From Mobula hypostoma (lineage: Eukaryota): 64,000 nt of DNA. Positions 21,414 to 33,690 of the stretch are shown here, piece after piece. The first letter of the stretch is position 1. The number at the start of each line of letters is the position of its first letter. The position numbers and the translations under genes are program-made. A model generated the notes under the pieces. It was not told the DNA's origin. It ran no database searches and saw nothing but the letters and a program-made list of their open reading frames with translations. The stretch lies in contig NC_086108.1 in the NCBI RefSeq assembly GCF_963921235.1, forward strand, positions 8,804,001 to 8,868,000. Direction: 5' to 3'.

Positions 21414-24400
21414 TTGGGGGGTGGGAATCAAATTAAAGAGGCTAGGTGTGAGGAGGTTAGTTCACAACAGAGGGATGGGAACCAGTGCAGAGAGACAGAG
21501 GGGTGTAAAGTGAGCGTAGAAGCAAAAAGTACAAAGGGGAAAAGTAAAAGTGGCAGGCCGACAAATCCAGGGCAAGCATTAAAAAGGGCCACTTTTCAAC
21601 ATAATTGTATAAGGGCTAAGAGAGTTGTAAAAGAGCGCCTGAAGGCTTTATGTGTCAATGCAAGGAGCATTCGTAATAAGGTGGATGAATTGAAAGTGCA
21701 GATTGTTATTAATGATTATGATATAGTTGGGATCACAGAGACATGGCTCCAGGGTGACCAGGGATGGGAGCTCAACGTTCAGGGATATTCAATATTCAGG
21801 AGGGATAGACATGAAGGAAGGGGAGGTGGGGTGGCGTTGCTGGTTAAAAAAGAGATTAACGCAATAGAAAGGAAGGACATAAGCCGGGAAGATGTGGAAT
21901 CGATATGGGTAGAGCTGCGTAACACTAAGGGGCAGAAGATGCTGGTGGGAGTTGTGTACAGGCCACCTAACAGTAGTAGTGAGGTCGGAGATGGTATTAA
22001 ACAGGAAATTAGAAATGTGTGCAATAAAGGAACAGCAGTTATAATGGGTGACTTCAATCTACATGTAGACTGGGTGAACCAAATTGGTAAAGGTGCTGAG
22101 GAAGAGGATTTCTTGGAATGTATGCGGGATGGTTTTTTGAACCAACATGTCGAGGAACCGACTAGAGAGCAGGCTATTCTGGACTGGGTTTTGAGCAATG
22201 AGGAAGGGTTAATTAGCGATCTTGTCGTGAGAGGCCCCTTGGGTAAGAGTGACCATAATATGGTGGAATTCTTCATTAACATGGAGAGTGACGTAGTTAA
22301 TTCAGAAACAAAGGTTCTGAACTTAAAGAGGGGTAACTTTGAAGGTATGAGTCGTGAATTAGCTAAGATAGACTGGCAAATGACACTTAAAGGATTGACG
22401 GTGGATATGCAATGGCAGGCATTTAAAGGTTGCATGGATGAACTACAACAATTGTTCATCCCAGTTTGGCAAAAGAATAAATCAAGGAAGGTAGTGCACC
22501 CGTGGCTGACAAGAGAAATTAGGGATAGTATCAATTCCAAAGAAGTAGCATACAAATTAGCCAGAGAAAGTGGCTCACCTGAGGACTGGGAGAAATTCAG
22601 AGTTCAGCAGAGGAGGACAAAGGGCTTAATTAGGAAGGGGAAAAAAGATTATGAGAGAAAACTGGCAGAGAACATAAAAACGGACTGTAAAAGCTTTTAT
22701 AGATATGTAAAAAGGAAAAGACTGATAAAGACAAATGTAGGTCCCCTGCAAACAGAAACAGGTGAATTGATTATGGGGAGCAAGGACATGGCAGACCAAT
22801 TGAATAATTACTTTGGTTCTGTCTTCACTAAGGAGGACATAAATAATCTTCCAGAAATAGTAAGGGACAGAGGGTCCAGTGAGATGGAGGAACTGAGCGA
22901 AATACATGTTAGTAGGGAAGTGGTGTTAGGTAAATTGAAGGGATTGAAGGCAGATAAATCCCCAGGGCCAGATGGTCTGCATCCCAGAGTGCTTAAGGAA
23001 GTAGCCCAAGAAATAGTGGATGCATTAGTGATAATTTTTCAAAACTCGTTAGATTCTGGACTAGTTCCTGAGGATTGGAGGGTGGCTAATGTAACCCCAC
23101 TTTTTAAAAAAGGAGGGAGAGAGAAACCGGGGAATTATAGGCCGGTTAGCCTAACGTCGGTGGTGGGGAAACTGCTGGAGTCAGTTATCAAGGATGTGAT
23201 AACAGCACATTTGGAAAGCGGTGAAATGATTGGACAAAGTCTAAGGAAAATCATGTCTGACGAATCTCATAGAATTTTTTGAGGATGTAACTAGTAGAGT
23301 GGATAGGGGAGAACCAGTGGATGTGGTATATTTGGATTTTCAAAAGGCTTTTGACAAGGTCCCACACAGGAGATTAGTGTGCAAACTTAAAGCACACGGT
23401 ATTGGGGGTAAGGTATTGGTGTGGGTGGAGAATTGGTTAGCAGACAGGAAGCAAAGAGTGGGAATAAACGGGACCTTTTCAGAATGGCAGGCGGTGACTA
23501 GTGGGGTACCGCAAGGCTCAGTGCTGGGACCCCAGTTGTTTACAATATATATTAATGACTTGGATGAGGGAATTAAATGCAGCACCTCCAAGTTTGCGGA
23601 TGACACGAAGCTGGGTGGCAGTGTTAGCAGTGAGGAGGATGCTAAGAGGATGCAGGGTGACTTGGATAGGTTGGGTGAGTGGGCAAACTCATGGCAGATG
23701 CAATTTAATGTGGATAAATGTGAAGTTATCCACTTTGGTGGCAAAAATAGGAAAACAGATTATTATCTGAATGGTGGCCGATTAGGAAAAGGGGAGGTGC
23801 AACGAGACCTGGGTGTCATTATACACCAGTCATTGAAAGTGGGCATGCAGGTACAGCAGGCGGTGAAAAAGGCGAACGGTATGCTGGCATTTATAGCGAG
23901 AGGATTCGAGTACAGGAGCAGGGAGGTACTACTGCAGTTGTACAAGGCCTTGGTGAGACCACACCTGGAGTATTGTGTGCAGTTTTGGTCCCCTAATCTG
24001 AGGAAAGACATCTTTGCCATAGAGGGAGTACAAAGAAGGTTCACCAGATTGATTCCTGGGATGGCAGGTCTTTCATATGAAGAAAGACTGGATGAACTGG
24101 GCTTGTACTCGTTGGAATTTAGAAGATTGAGGGGGGATCTGATTGAAACGTATAAGATCCTAAAGGGATTGGACAGGCTAGATGCGGGAAGATTGTTCCC
24201 GATGTTGGGGAGGTCCAGAACGAGGGGTCACAGTTTGAGGATAGAGGGGAAGCCTTTTAGGACCGAGATTAGGAAAAACTTCTTCACACAGAGAGTGGTG
24301 AATCTGTGGAATTCTCTGCCACAGCAAACTGTTGAGGCCAGTTCATTAGCTATGTTTAAAAGGAAGTTAGATATGGCCCTTGTGGCTACAGGGGTCAGGG

Positions 24401-24426
24401 GGTATGGAGGGAAGGCTGGGTTCTGA
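21414..24426 (+). pseudogene. CR1 ORF2 (APE endonuclease plus RT), frameshifted by a small deletion at ~23240
   Basis: NARSI, ITETW, YRPP, GDFN, SDHN and RT motifs are present. The QHGFV codons are missing relative to the copy at ~12650. Confidence 0.9.
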
Positions 24427-24647
24427 GTTGGATGATCAGCCATGATCATAATAAATGGCGGTGCAGGCTCGAAGGGCCGAATGGCCTACTCCTGCACCTA
24501 TTTTCTATGTTTCTATAAATTAGGGCCTTTCTCTTTGGAGTGAAGGAGGATGAGAGGTGACTTGATAGAGGTGTACAAGATGATAAGAGGTGTAGATCGA
24601 GTAGACAGCCAGAGACTTCTTCCCAGTGTGAAAATGGCTTACACAAG

Positions 24648-25020
24648 GTTTGTTCATTCATTATGTGCCATGTCGTATGATGTGAGCGATCACAGTCTTT
24701 CTATGACCATGATTGTTCTTGGCAAAATTTTCTACAGAACTGATTTGCCATTGCCTCCTTCTGGGCAGTGTCTTTACAAGACGGGTGACTCCAGTCATTA
24801 TCAATACTCTTCAGAGATTGTCTGCCTGGTGTCAGTGGTCACATAACCAGGACTTGTGATCTTCACCAGCTACTCATACGACCATCCACCACCTGCTCCC
24901 ATGGCTTCATATGACCCTGATCTGGGGAGGTGGGGGTGCTAAGCAGGTGCTACACCCTGCCGCAGGTTAGCGGTGGGGAGGAGCACCTTATACCCCCTTT
25001 GGTAGAGATGTCTCCACCAC
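24648..25020 (-). mobile_element. RTE-related SINE-like repeat
   Basis: tttgccattgcc(t)tc motif, similar to BovB/Sauria-type ends. Other copies at ~15055-15250, 25378-25720 (opposite strand) and 50065-50310. Confidence 0.55.
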
Positions 25021-26224
25021 CCATACAAGGGGGCACAATTTTAAGGTGACTGGAGGAACGTATAGAGATTATGCAAGATGTAAATTTTTTTTACACAGAG
25101 TGCTGGGTGTGTGGAATGCACTACCAGGGGTGGTGGGTAGCAGATACATTAGGGGCATTTAAGAAACTCCTAGATAGGCACATGGATAATAGAGAAATGG
25201 AGGGTTATGGAGAAGGGAAGGGTTAGATTGTTCCTGGTGTAAGTTAAAAGGTCAGCACAATATTGCGGGCCGAAAGGCGTGCACTGTAACTTATAGTAAT
25301 ATTTTTATCGGCTAATTTCTTAATTTTTGAATTGTACTGCTGCTGCAAAACAACAAATGTCATTACGTATGCTAGAGGTTGGGGTGGAGACGCGTGCCTA
25401 CCAAAGGACTCCTACCCTCTGCTAGCCCGCAGGTCACCCTTGGGCAAGGTGTAGCACCTGCTTAGCCTCCGATCAGGGTCACGTGAAGCCATGGGAGCAG
25501 GTGGTGGATGGTCGTACGAGCAGCCGGTGCATAACACAAGTCCTGGTTATGTGACCACTGACACCAGGCAGACAATCTCTGAAGAGTTTTGATAATGGCT
25601 GGAGTCACCGGTCTTGTAAAGACACTGGCAAACCAATTCTGTAGAAAAATTTTGCCAAGAACAATCATGGTCATGGAAAGACCTGGTCGCCCATTTCATA
25701 TGCACGGCACATAATGAATGATACTCCTCATAGTTTTGTATACCTCAATCAGATCTCCCCTATTTCTACTACGTTCCAGGTCTTAACCTATTCAACCCTT
25801 CCTGATAACTCAGGTCCTGGCAACATCCTTGTGAATTTTTTTCTGCACTCTTTCAGTCTTATTGATATCCTTCCTGTAGGTTGGTGACCAAAACTGCACA
25901 CAATACTCCAAATTAGACCTCACCAATGTCTTATACAACTTCAAAATGACATCACAACTCCTAAAGTCCTGACAGAAGCCATTTGTGGAATAGGTTGTTC
26001 TTGATCTTGTGATCAACTTCAACATAAAGTCCCAACTTTGGTATTCATTACTTTCCTGTTAATTAAATCTAGTTCCATCTTTGGAAAACAACCTGGGATT
26101 TTCTTCAAGACCCGGGAGGGAACAGGTCACTTTATTGCTGATCAAGTCCAAGGGCAGCTGCTGTTTGTGCAGGGGGAATGAGTGACCTCGAGGTTGTAAA
26201 TATGTTGATTGTTTCTGCACACAG

Positions 26225-26336
26225 CAGATCACTCGGTGAGAAGAGTTTCACAGGAGACCAGAAGCAGCAGGAACTCCAGATACGTGCCCTTTGCAGCCTG
26301 AAACGCAAGCATGGTCCGGAGCTCAAGAATTCGCTG
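26225..26336 (+). CDS. HIF3A: HIF3A-like exon, first half of bipartite NLS
   Basis: Acceptor cacacag| and donor |gtagga. RSLGEKSFTGDQKQQELQIRALCSLKRKHGPELKNSL resembles HIF1A ILALQNAQRKRKMEHD. Phases 2/0 fit. Confidence 0.75.
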
Positions 26337-27907
26337 GTAGGAACTGAATTGGACTCTGTCGTTCCACATTTTTGTTGCTACTTTGGGTGACTTTGAATTG
26401 GGGCAGCCTGCTGAACTGAAATATATATATATATGTATAACCATATAACAATTACAGCACGGAAACAGGCCATCTCGGCCCTTCTAGTCCGTGCCGAACT
26501 CTTACTCTCACCTAGTCCCACTGACCTGCACTCAGCCCATAACCCTCCATTCCTTCCCTGTCCATATATCTATCCAATTTAACTTTAAGTGACAATATCG
26601 AACCTGCCTCAACCACTTCTGCTGGAAGCTCGTTCCACACAGCCACCACTGGTTGAGATGGTTGAAGAAGTTTGGTGTGGGCCCCTAAATCCTGAGAACT
26701 TTCTACAGGGGCACAATTGAGAGCATCCTGACTGGCTGCATCATTGCCTGGTATGGGAACTGTACTTCCCTTAATCGCAGGACCCTGCAGAGAGTGGTGC
26801 GGACAGCCCAGCACATCTATAGTTGTGAACTTCCCATGATTCAGGACGTTTACAAAGACAGGTGTGTAAAAAGAACCCGTAGGATCATTGGGGATGCAAG
26901 CCATCTCAACCACCATCTATTCCAGCTGCTACCATCCGGGAAGCATATGCCTGGACTCTTTCAATTTTGTGTTTTGAGCTTTTTTGTTTGCTGTTTTATG
27001 CAATTTGCGCTTGTGGGGGGGTTGATAGTTTTTACTTGAGTGGATTCCATAGTGTTTCTTTGCTTCATGGCTGTCCGTGGGGAAGACAAATCTCAGGGTT
27101 GTATACTGCATATGTACTTTGATAATAAATGTAGTTTGAATTATCAGCACATCCCAGATCAGCTGACTACCAGGCTATTTGGTTAATTAGTTAGTGATTA
27201 TGTGAGCAGTACATAATCCTGTGAATACCTGCAAGAAAATGAATTTCAGGGTAGTAAATGGTGACGTATACAATAGGTACTTTGATAATAAATTTCCTTC
27301 GACTTTGACTGATTTTAATTGGCTAGCAAGGTGCCCAGTAGATTAACACACACAAATTGCTGGAGGAACTCAGCAGATCAGGCAGCATCTGTGGAAATGA
27401 ATCAACAGTCGACGTTTCGGGCCGAGAGCCTTCATCAGGACGTCAGCTGATGCGGGGAAAATCTCAGCATGTTGGGCAGTGTCTGGAACAAGGAACAGTC
27501 CTCGTTCCAGGTCTCTGATTCTACTTGGGATGTGGTCAGCTCTGCAGGAGTGTCACAGACCCGAAACGTCGACCGTTTCTCTTTCCGCAGATGCTGCTGA
27601 CTTCTGCCACTTTGGCTAATGGACTCCCGACGTAGCCAGTTGGAATGTCAGTTGATGGTGTTGCTAAACTGCTTGTGAGTGGAATCATAGAGTACCACAG
27701 CACAGAAGCAGGCCTTTCGGCCCGTCTAGTCCATGATGAACTATTACACTGCCTATCTCATCAACCTGTACCCAGTCCATATCCCTCCGTACCCCTCCTA
27801 TCCATGATCCTACACTTAAACGTTGGAATCTAACCTGCATCCACCACCTCTGCTGACAGCTCGTTCCGCACTCTCATCACCGTCTGAGTGATATATTTGG
27901 ATCTGAA

Positions 27908-27909
27908 GC

Positions 27910-27966
<57 letters not shown>

Positions 27967-28505
27967 CAATGCTGGAGGAACTCAGCAGGTCAGGCAGCAT
28001 CTATGAAAAGAGTAACCAGTTGACATTTCAGACAGAGACGCTTCCTCGGGACGAGGAAGGAAGGGGGAGGATGCCAGAATAAAAAGGTTGGGGGGAGGGG
28101 GAACGAGGTTAGCTAGAAGGTGAAGGGCTGGAGAGGAAGGAATCCGATAGGAGAGGAGAGTGGACCACTGGAGAAAGGGAAGGAGGAGGGGATCCAGGGA
28201 GGTGATAAGCAGGTGAGAAGAGGTAAAAGGCCAGAGTGGGGAATGGAGCGGGAGGGGAGGAGAAATCGATATTCATGCCATCAGGTTGGAGGCTACCCAA
28301 ATGGAATGTGGCTCCTTCACCCTTGGGGTGGCCTCTTTGTGGTGCAAGAGGAGGCCATGGACCGACATGTCAGAACAGGAATGGGAATTGGAATTAAAAT
28401 GTTTGGTCACCAGGAAGTTTCACTTTTTGCTGCCTGACCTGCTGAGTTCCTCCTGCATTTGGTGTGTTGTTCTTGGATTTCCAACATCGACAGAATCTCT
28501 TTCGT
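27908..28505 (-). mobile_element. Penelope-like 3' fragment containing a (CA)n microsatellite (27910-27965)
   Basis: GSLQPDGMNIDFS on the minus strand; the terminal acacaca motif is expanded to a long CA array. Confidence 0.7.
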
Positions 28506-28920
28506 TTACATTTGGATCTGATCCGTTTTGATTATAGTTTCCTCGTGTGATTGGTAGCTGGTTGGTAAATGGACGAATGGTTGGCTAAATAGATTTAATT
28601 GTGATGTACATCGGAACATACAGTGAAATGCATCATTTGCGCCAATGACCAATACAGTCTGAAGATGTGCTGGGAGCAGACCGCAGGTGTCACCACACTT
28701 CTTGTGCCAACATAGCATGCCCACAACTTACTAACCGTAACCTGTAGCCTTTGGACTGTGGGAGGAAATCAGCGCCTGGAGGAAGCCTTTGCGGTCACAG
28801 AGGAGAATGTACAGGCAGTGGGGAGCGGGGGAACTGAGCGCGGGATGCTGTCATTGTAACAGTGTAACACTAATTGCTATACTGTCTTGCCGCCCTTAAT
28901 GTAAATGTGTTTCTGTGCAG

Positions 28921-29029
28921 GAGCTGGATATTTCAGGAGTTACAGATCGTCACAGCGTTGGAACAAAGCGAGTGAGGAACATTGTAACCAGTGCATCCGC
29001 CAACCCTTTCACTCCAGCCCCACCAATGA
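28921..29029 (+). CDS. HIF3A: HIF3A-like exon, second half of bipartite NLS
   Basis: Acceptor ttctgtgcag| and donor |gtaagg. ELDISGVTDRHSVGTKRVRNIVTSASANPFTPAPPM; KRVR corresponds to HIF1A WKRVK. Phases 0/1. Confidence 0.72.
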
Positions 29030-29099
29030 GTAAGGCCACTCTTTAATTTTTGGATTCCTGTTTTTTTTTCTCTCTCCCTTAGTCACAGAGAAGTGAAGC

Positions 29100-29285
29100 A
29101 TTGTGATTGCACAGTACTGGCTGCATGGGCTAGAGATCCGTGTCCAAAATCAGAGTCAGCTTTGTCCCATAGTTTTGTGATCGCAGTGTTGGATGCACAG
29201 GTTAGACTTCCGTCTCCAAAATCCGAGTCAATGTTATCCCATAGTCTTGTGTCACTGGATGCACAGGCCAAAGATTTGTGTCCAG
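29100..29285. repeat. ~72-bp degenerate tandem repeat (~2.6 units)
   Basis: Repeated ttgtg..tggatgcacagg..tccaaaatc(a/c)gagtca..tcccatagt. Confidence 0.75.
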
Positions 29286-30968
29286 GCTCCAGAAGCTGTG
29301 TCCAACGTCGTGATCACGTGTGTGGGGATCTAAGTCCACTCTCTGGAGCCCAGTCCCGGTCACTGTAGCGGATGCAGAGTACGGGGACCTGCGGTCACAG
29401 TACAGGGTGCACAGCGGTGATCTACGTTCACACTCCCGAACCAAATCGTGAAACCAGTCTTAGCAAGGCTATTTTGTGAAGAGGGAGACATGGCCCACAG
29501 TAAGGAACTAAACACCCCACAGCTGACTTACTTTCTTCAGGATAATGAGTGAAATTGTTGTCTGTGCTACTGAACTTCCAAAGGAGCCAGAGCGGCCTTC
29601 AGTCAAGGAAGGAGGATGAGAGGTGTAGAAGATGATAAGAGGGATAGCTAGTGCGCACAGCCAGAGATTTTTCCCCAGGGCAGAAATGTTTGGTTCCATG
29701 TCTTGCCAATCTAATGCTGAGGAAGATTTGAAATCATCAAGGCGAGGAGATGTTTAGCATCGTCTGCCAGCCCCTCTCTCTCTCACTGACTGCTGCTGGA
29801 GGAAAATGGTCTGTGTGTGACAGTCCCTCAGCTGCTGCAGCTGGAGGATAGTGCCAGAGTTCTGGATCTTGGGCAAGGTTTAATTGACACTGTATGTGGA
29901 TTGGACTCTGTAGTTCACTTTATGGTGTGTTTCTGGTTTCTGAGCTGAATAAATACGCCTGGAACTCTTTCAGTTTTGTATTTTATATTCTGTGTTTTTT
30001 GCTCCTCTTTGTTGGTATTTGCATGATTTTATTTGCGCAGGTGGGGGGAGGGATACTGATATTTTCTTTGGGTTCCAGGGTGTTTCTTTGTTTCATGGCT
30101 GTCTGTGGGGAAGACAAATCTCAGGGTTGTATACTGCGTATGTACTTTGAATCTTTGAAAAGACATCAGGAGGGGAGGGGAGGAAAGTACAGGGGGGATG
30201 TCAGAGGTAGTTTTTTTTACACAGACAGTGGGTGTGTGGAACACCACTGGAAGATCAGATACTTTACGGACATTTGACCTCATTGAAACATATTAAATGC
30301 TGAAAGGCCCCAACAGAGTGGACATGGAGAGAATGTTTCCTATGGTGGGGGGAGTCTAGGACCAGAGGGCACAGCCTCAGGATAGGATAGATACCTCTTC
30401 CTAGAGATGCTGCCTAGCGTGCTGCGTTCACCAGCAACTTTGATGTGTGTTGCTCAGGATAGAGGGCTGTCTTTTAAGAAAGGAGACAAGTTCTTTCTTT
30501 AGCCAGAGAGTGGTAATCTGTGGAGTTCATTGCCACAGGTGGCTGTGGAGGCCAAGTCATTAGTATATTTAAAGCAGAGGTGTTTTTTTAGATTCTTGAT
30601 TAATCAGGGTATGAAGAGATACGGGGAGAAGGCAGGAGGTTGAGGCTGAGAGGAAAAATGGATCAGCCATGTTGAAATGGCCTAATTCTGTTTCTGTTTA
30701 AGGGTTACATGGATGATAGAAAAATAGAGGGCTATGTAGGAAGGAAGGGTTAGATTGATCTTGGAGTAGGTTAAAAGGTTGGCACAACATTGTGGGTCGA
30801 AGGGCCTGTACTGCATTGTATTCCATGTTGCGTGCTTATCTGATAACATAGGAGGGGACTGAGATGATGATCCAATGCCCTTTTAGCAACAGTAGTCACA
30901 GTGAGGTGGGGGACAAAAAGATGATATTCTGGTGGGACTTCCGGTATGGCGCAGATACAGCCAGCCGC

Positions 30969-32258
30969 ATAGAAACATAGAAACATAGAAAATAGGTGCA
31001 GGAGTAGGCCATTCGGCCCTTCGAGCCTGCACCGCCGTTTATTATGATCATAGAAACATAGAAAATAGGTGCAGGAGTAGGCCATTCGGCCCTTCGAGCC
31101 TGCACCGCCATTTATTATGATCATGGCTGATCATCCAACTCAGAACCCCGCCCCAGCCTTCCCTCCATACCCCCTGACCCCCGTAGCCACAAGGGCCATA
31201 TCTAACTCCCTCTTAAATATAGCCAATGAACTGGCCTCAACAGTTTCCTGTGGCAGAGAATTCCACAGATACACCACTCTCTGTGTGAAGAATTTTTTCC
31301 TAATCTCGGTCCTAAAAGGCTTCCCCTCTATCCTCAAACTGTGACCCCTCGTTCTGGACTTCCCCAACGTCGGGAACAATCTTCCTGCATCTAGCCTGTC
31401 CAATCCCTGTAGGATCTTATACGTTTCAATCAGATCCCCCCTCAATCTTCTAAATTCCAACGAGTACAAGCCCAGTTCATCCAGTCTTTCTTCATATGAA
31501 AGTCCTGCCATCCCAGGAATCAATCTGGTGAACCTTCTTTGTACTCCCTCTATGGCAAAGATGTCTTTCCTCAGATTAGGGGACCAAAACTGCACACAAT
31601 ACTCCAGGTGTGGTCTCACCAAGGCCTTGTACAACTGCAGTAGTACCTCCCTGCTCCTGTACTCGAATCCTCTCGCTATAAATGCCAGCATACCATTCGC
31701 CTTTTTCACCGCCTGCTGTACCTGCATGCCCACTTTCAATGACTGGTGTATAATGACACCCAGGTCTCGTTGCACCTCCCCTTTTCCTAATCGGCCACCA
31801 TTCAGATAATAATCTGTTTTCCTATTTTTGCCACCAAAGTGGATAACTTCACATTTATCCACATTAAATTGCATCTGCCATGAATTTGCCCACTCACCCA
31901 ACCTATCCAAGTCACCCTGCATCCTCTTAGCATCCTCCTCACAGCTAACACTGCCACCCAGCTTCGTGTCATCCGCAAACTTGGAGATGCTGCATTTAAT
32001 TCCCTCATCCAAGTCATTAATATATATTGTAAACAACTGGGGTCCCAGCACTGAGCCTTGCTGTACCCCACTAGTCACCGCCTGCCATTCTGAAAAGGTC
32101 CCGTTTATTCCCACTCTTTGCTTCCTGTCTGCTAACCAATTCTCCACCCACACCAATACCTTACCCCCAATACCGTGTGCTTTAAGTTTGCACACTAATC
32201 TCCTGTGTGGGACCTTGTTAAAAGCCTTTTGAAAATCCAAATATACCACATCCACTGG
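30969..32258 (-). mobile_element. young CR1 LINE, 5'-truncated, with duplicated 3' terminus
   Basis: 373-aa RT ORF 31140-32261; tail plus stem-loop present twice (30969-31049 and 31050-31122). Confidence 0.95.
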
Positions 32259-33690
32259 CATGATCAGTAAGGGCTCCCAGATGGTCTTATTTCCCCGTAA
32301 ATAAGAAACGGTTGCTTAAACAGAAAACTGGGTCTCGTAGCATGAAAGGGGGAAACAAAAGAAAGACGAGGAAAACCGCAACAAAACCCGAAGAGAAGCG
32401 ATAAAGTACCGACTGACGGTGAGGACACTGACGACGGCGCTAGCAACCAAGCTGAACACGAGGATACGGAGGCTGTTCATGCGAACGTCATGGCCGGAAT
32501 ACGGGCGCTTCGTTCGGACATGAAAAAAGAACTGAGTGATTCCTTGGGTTTTCTAAAGAAGGAGCTGGTAGATTTCAGAGAAGAAATTAACCAGAAGCTG
32601 AAGGCTATTGTTGGTGATTTAAAAGAAGTAACGGTTAGAGTTGAGGATATGGAGCAAAGGGTGGCAGAAGTGAAGAAATGGAATGCCAAAGCCAGGGAGG
32701 TTCTTTCCCGCGCACTGGAACTTCAGGAGATCATTCAAGCTCGACTAACGGACCTGGAGGCCCGTTCACGCAGGAATAACGTACTTTCCGAAGGGGCGGA
32801 AGGAGACAACATACAGGAATTTCTGGAAAAATTTTTTAAAACAGAGTTGTCCCTTCCCGATGCCGCCCTCTGTGTACAACACTGCCTTTGATCTCTTGGA
32901 TCCAGACCAGCACAAGGTTCCAACCCAAGGTCCGAGGTCATCTACTTTCTGGAGTATAAAATTAAAGAGTTGGTGCTTCGCTCTGCTTGGAAAAAATAAG
33001 AGATTTATTATGATGGGAAAAGAGTATTTTTTGATCAAGACTACCCGACCAAAATACTTATGAAAAGAAAGGCTTACTCCACCATCAGAAAAACGCTTAA
33101 AGCAAAGGGGCTCCAGTTCCAGACTCTTTACCCAGCCAAACTTCGAGTGTTTTTGACACTGGACAAGTCATCTACAGTAACGCATCGGAGGCGACGGAAG
33201 ACCTGAAGAACTGGGGATTTTTCCCGGACTGTCCCGGAATCGTGGCCCCCGCGGAAGTCACAGCCACCAAGAAACTGAGACAACTTTCCTGGGAGGCAGC
33301 TGGTGCAAAATCCCGCCGGGACTGAGAAACATATCTGAAACGCATCCAGGACAAGCTAAAGGAATTTTGACGCAACAAAGATACTGCGTGAGAGCTCTCA
33401 AAAGTATAGTGATAAAATATCCTTCAGCCAGGTCGGTAAAATCACATCTACCCTAACACCAAACTATAATTGACTTTGTATAAGAACTTAAAAATAGAAC
33501 ATAAATTATTTTTCCTCTGTAAGCTCTTATTACTATAACTAACCTGACCACAAACCTGGGAGTTGATGTTTGATTTTGTTCTTTTTTTGTGCAGTGTCGT
33601 GATTTCAATTATTCAGAGGCATCAACCTGCACTAGGAGGGGCCCCTTCGGGTTTAAGGGCTCTCTCTCCCCCCACCGACTTAGAAGTTTA

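Larger units (their letters stand above)
20151..24515 (+). mobile_element. near-full-length young CR1 LINE inserted in an older CR1
   Basis: 5' UTR, ORF1, ORF2 and tail, with TSD TAAATT (20145-20150 and 24516-24521). The host CR1 sequence is contiguous across the insertion. Confidence 0.95.

Noticed and set aside
21779..22555. Long antisense ORFs over CR1 ORF2 (also 12761-13165, 37672-38313 and others)
   Set aside because: Shadow ORFs that recur only because the CR1 copies are near-identical; no independent protein motifs.
29314..29320. RCGTG/CACGTG as an autoregulatory hypoxia response element
   Set aside because: Such short motifs are expected by chance many times in 64 kb; no supporting context.
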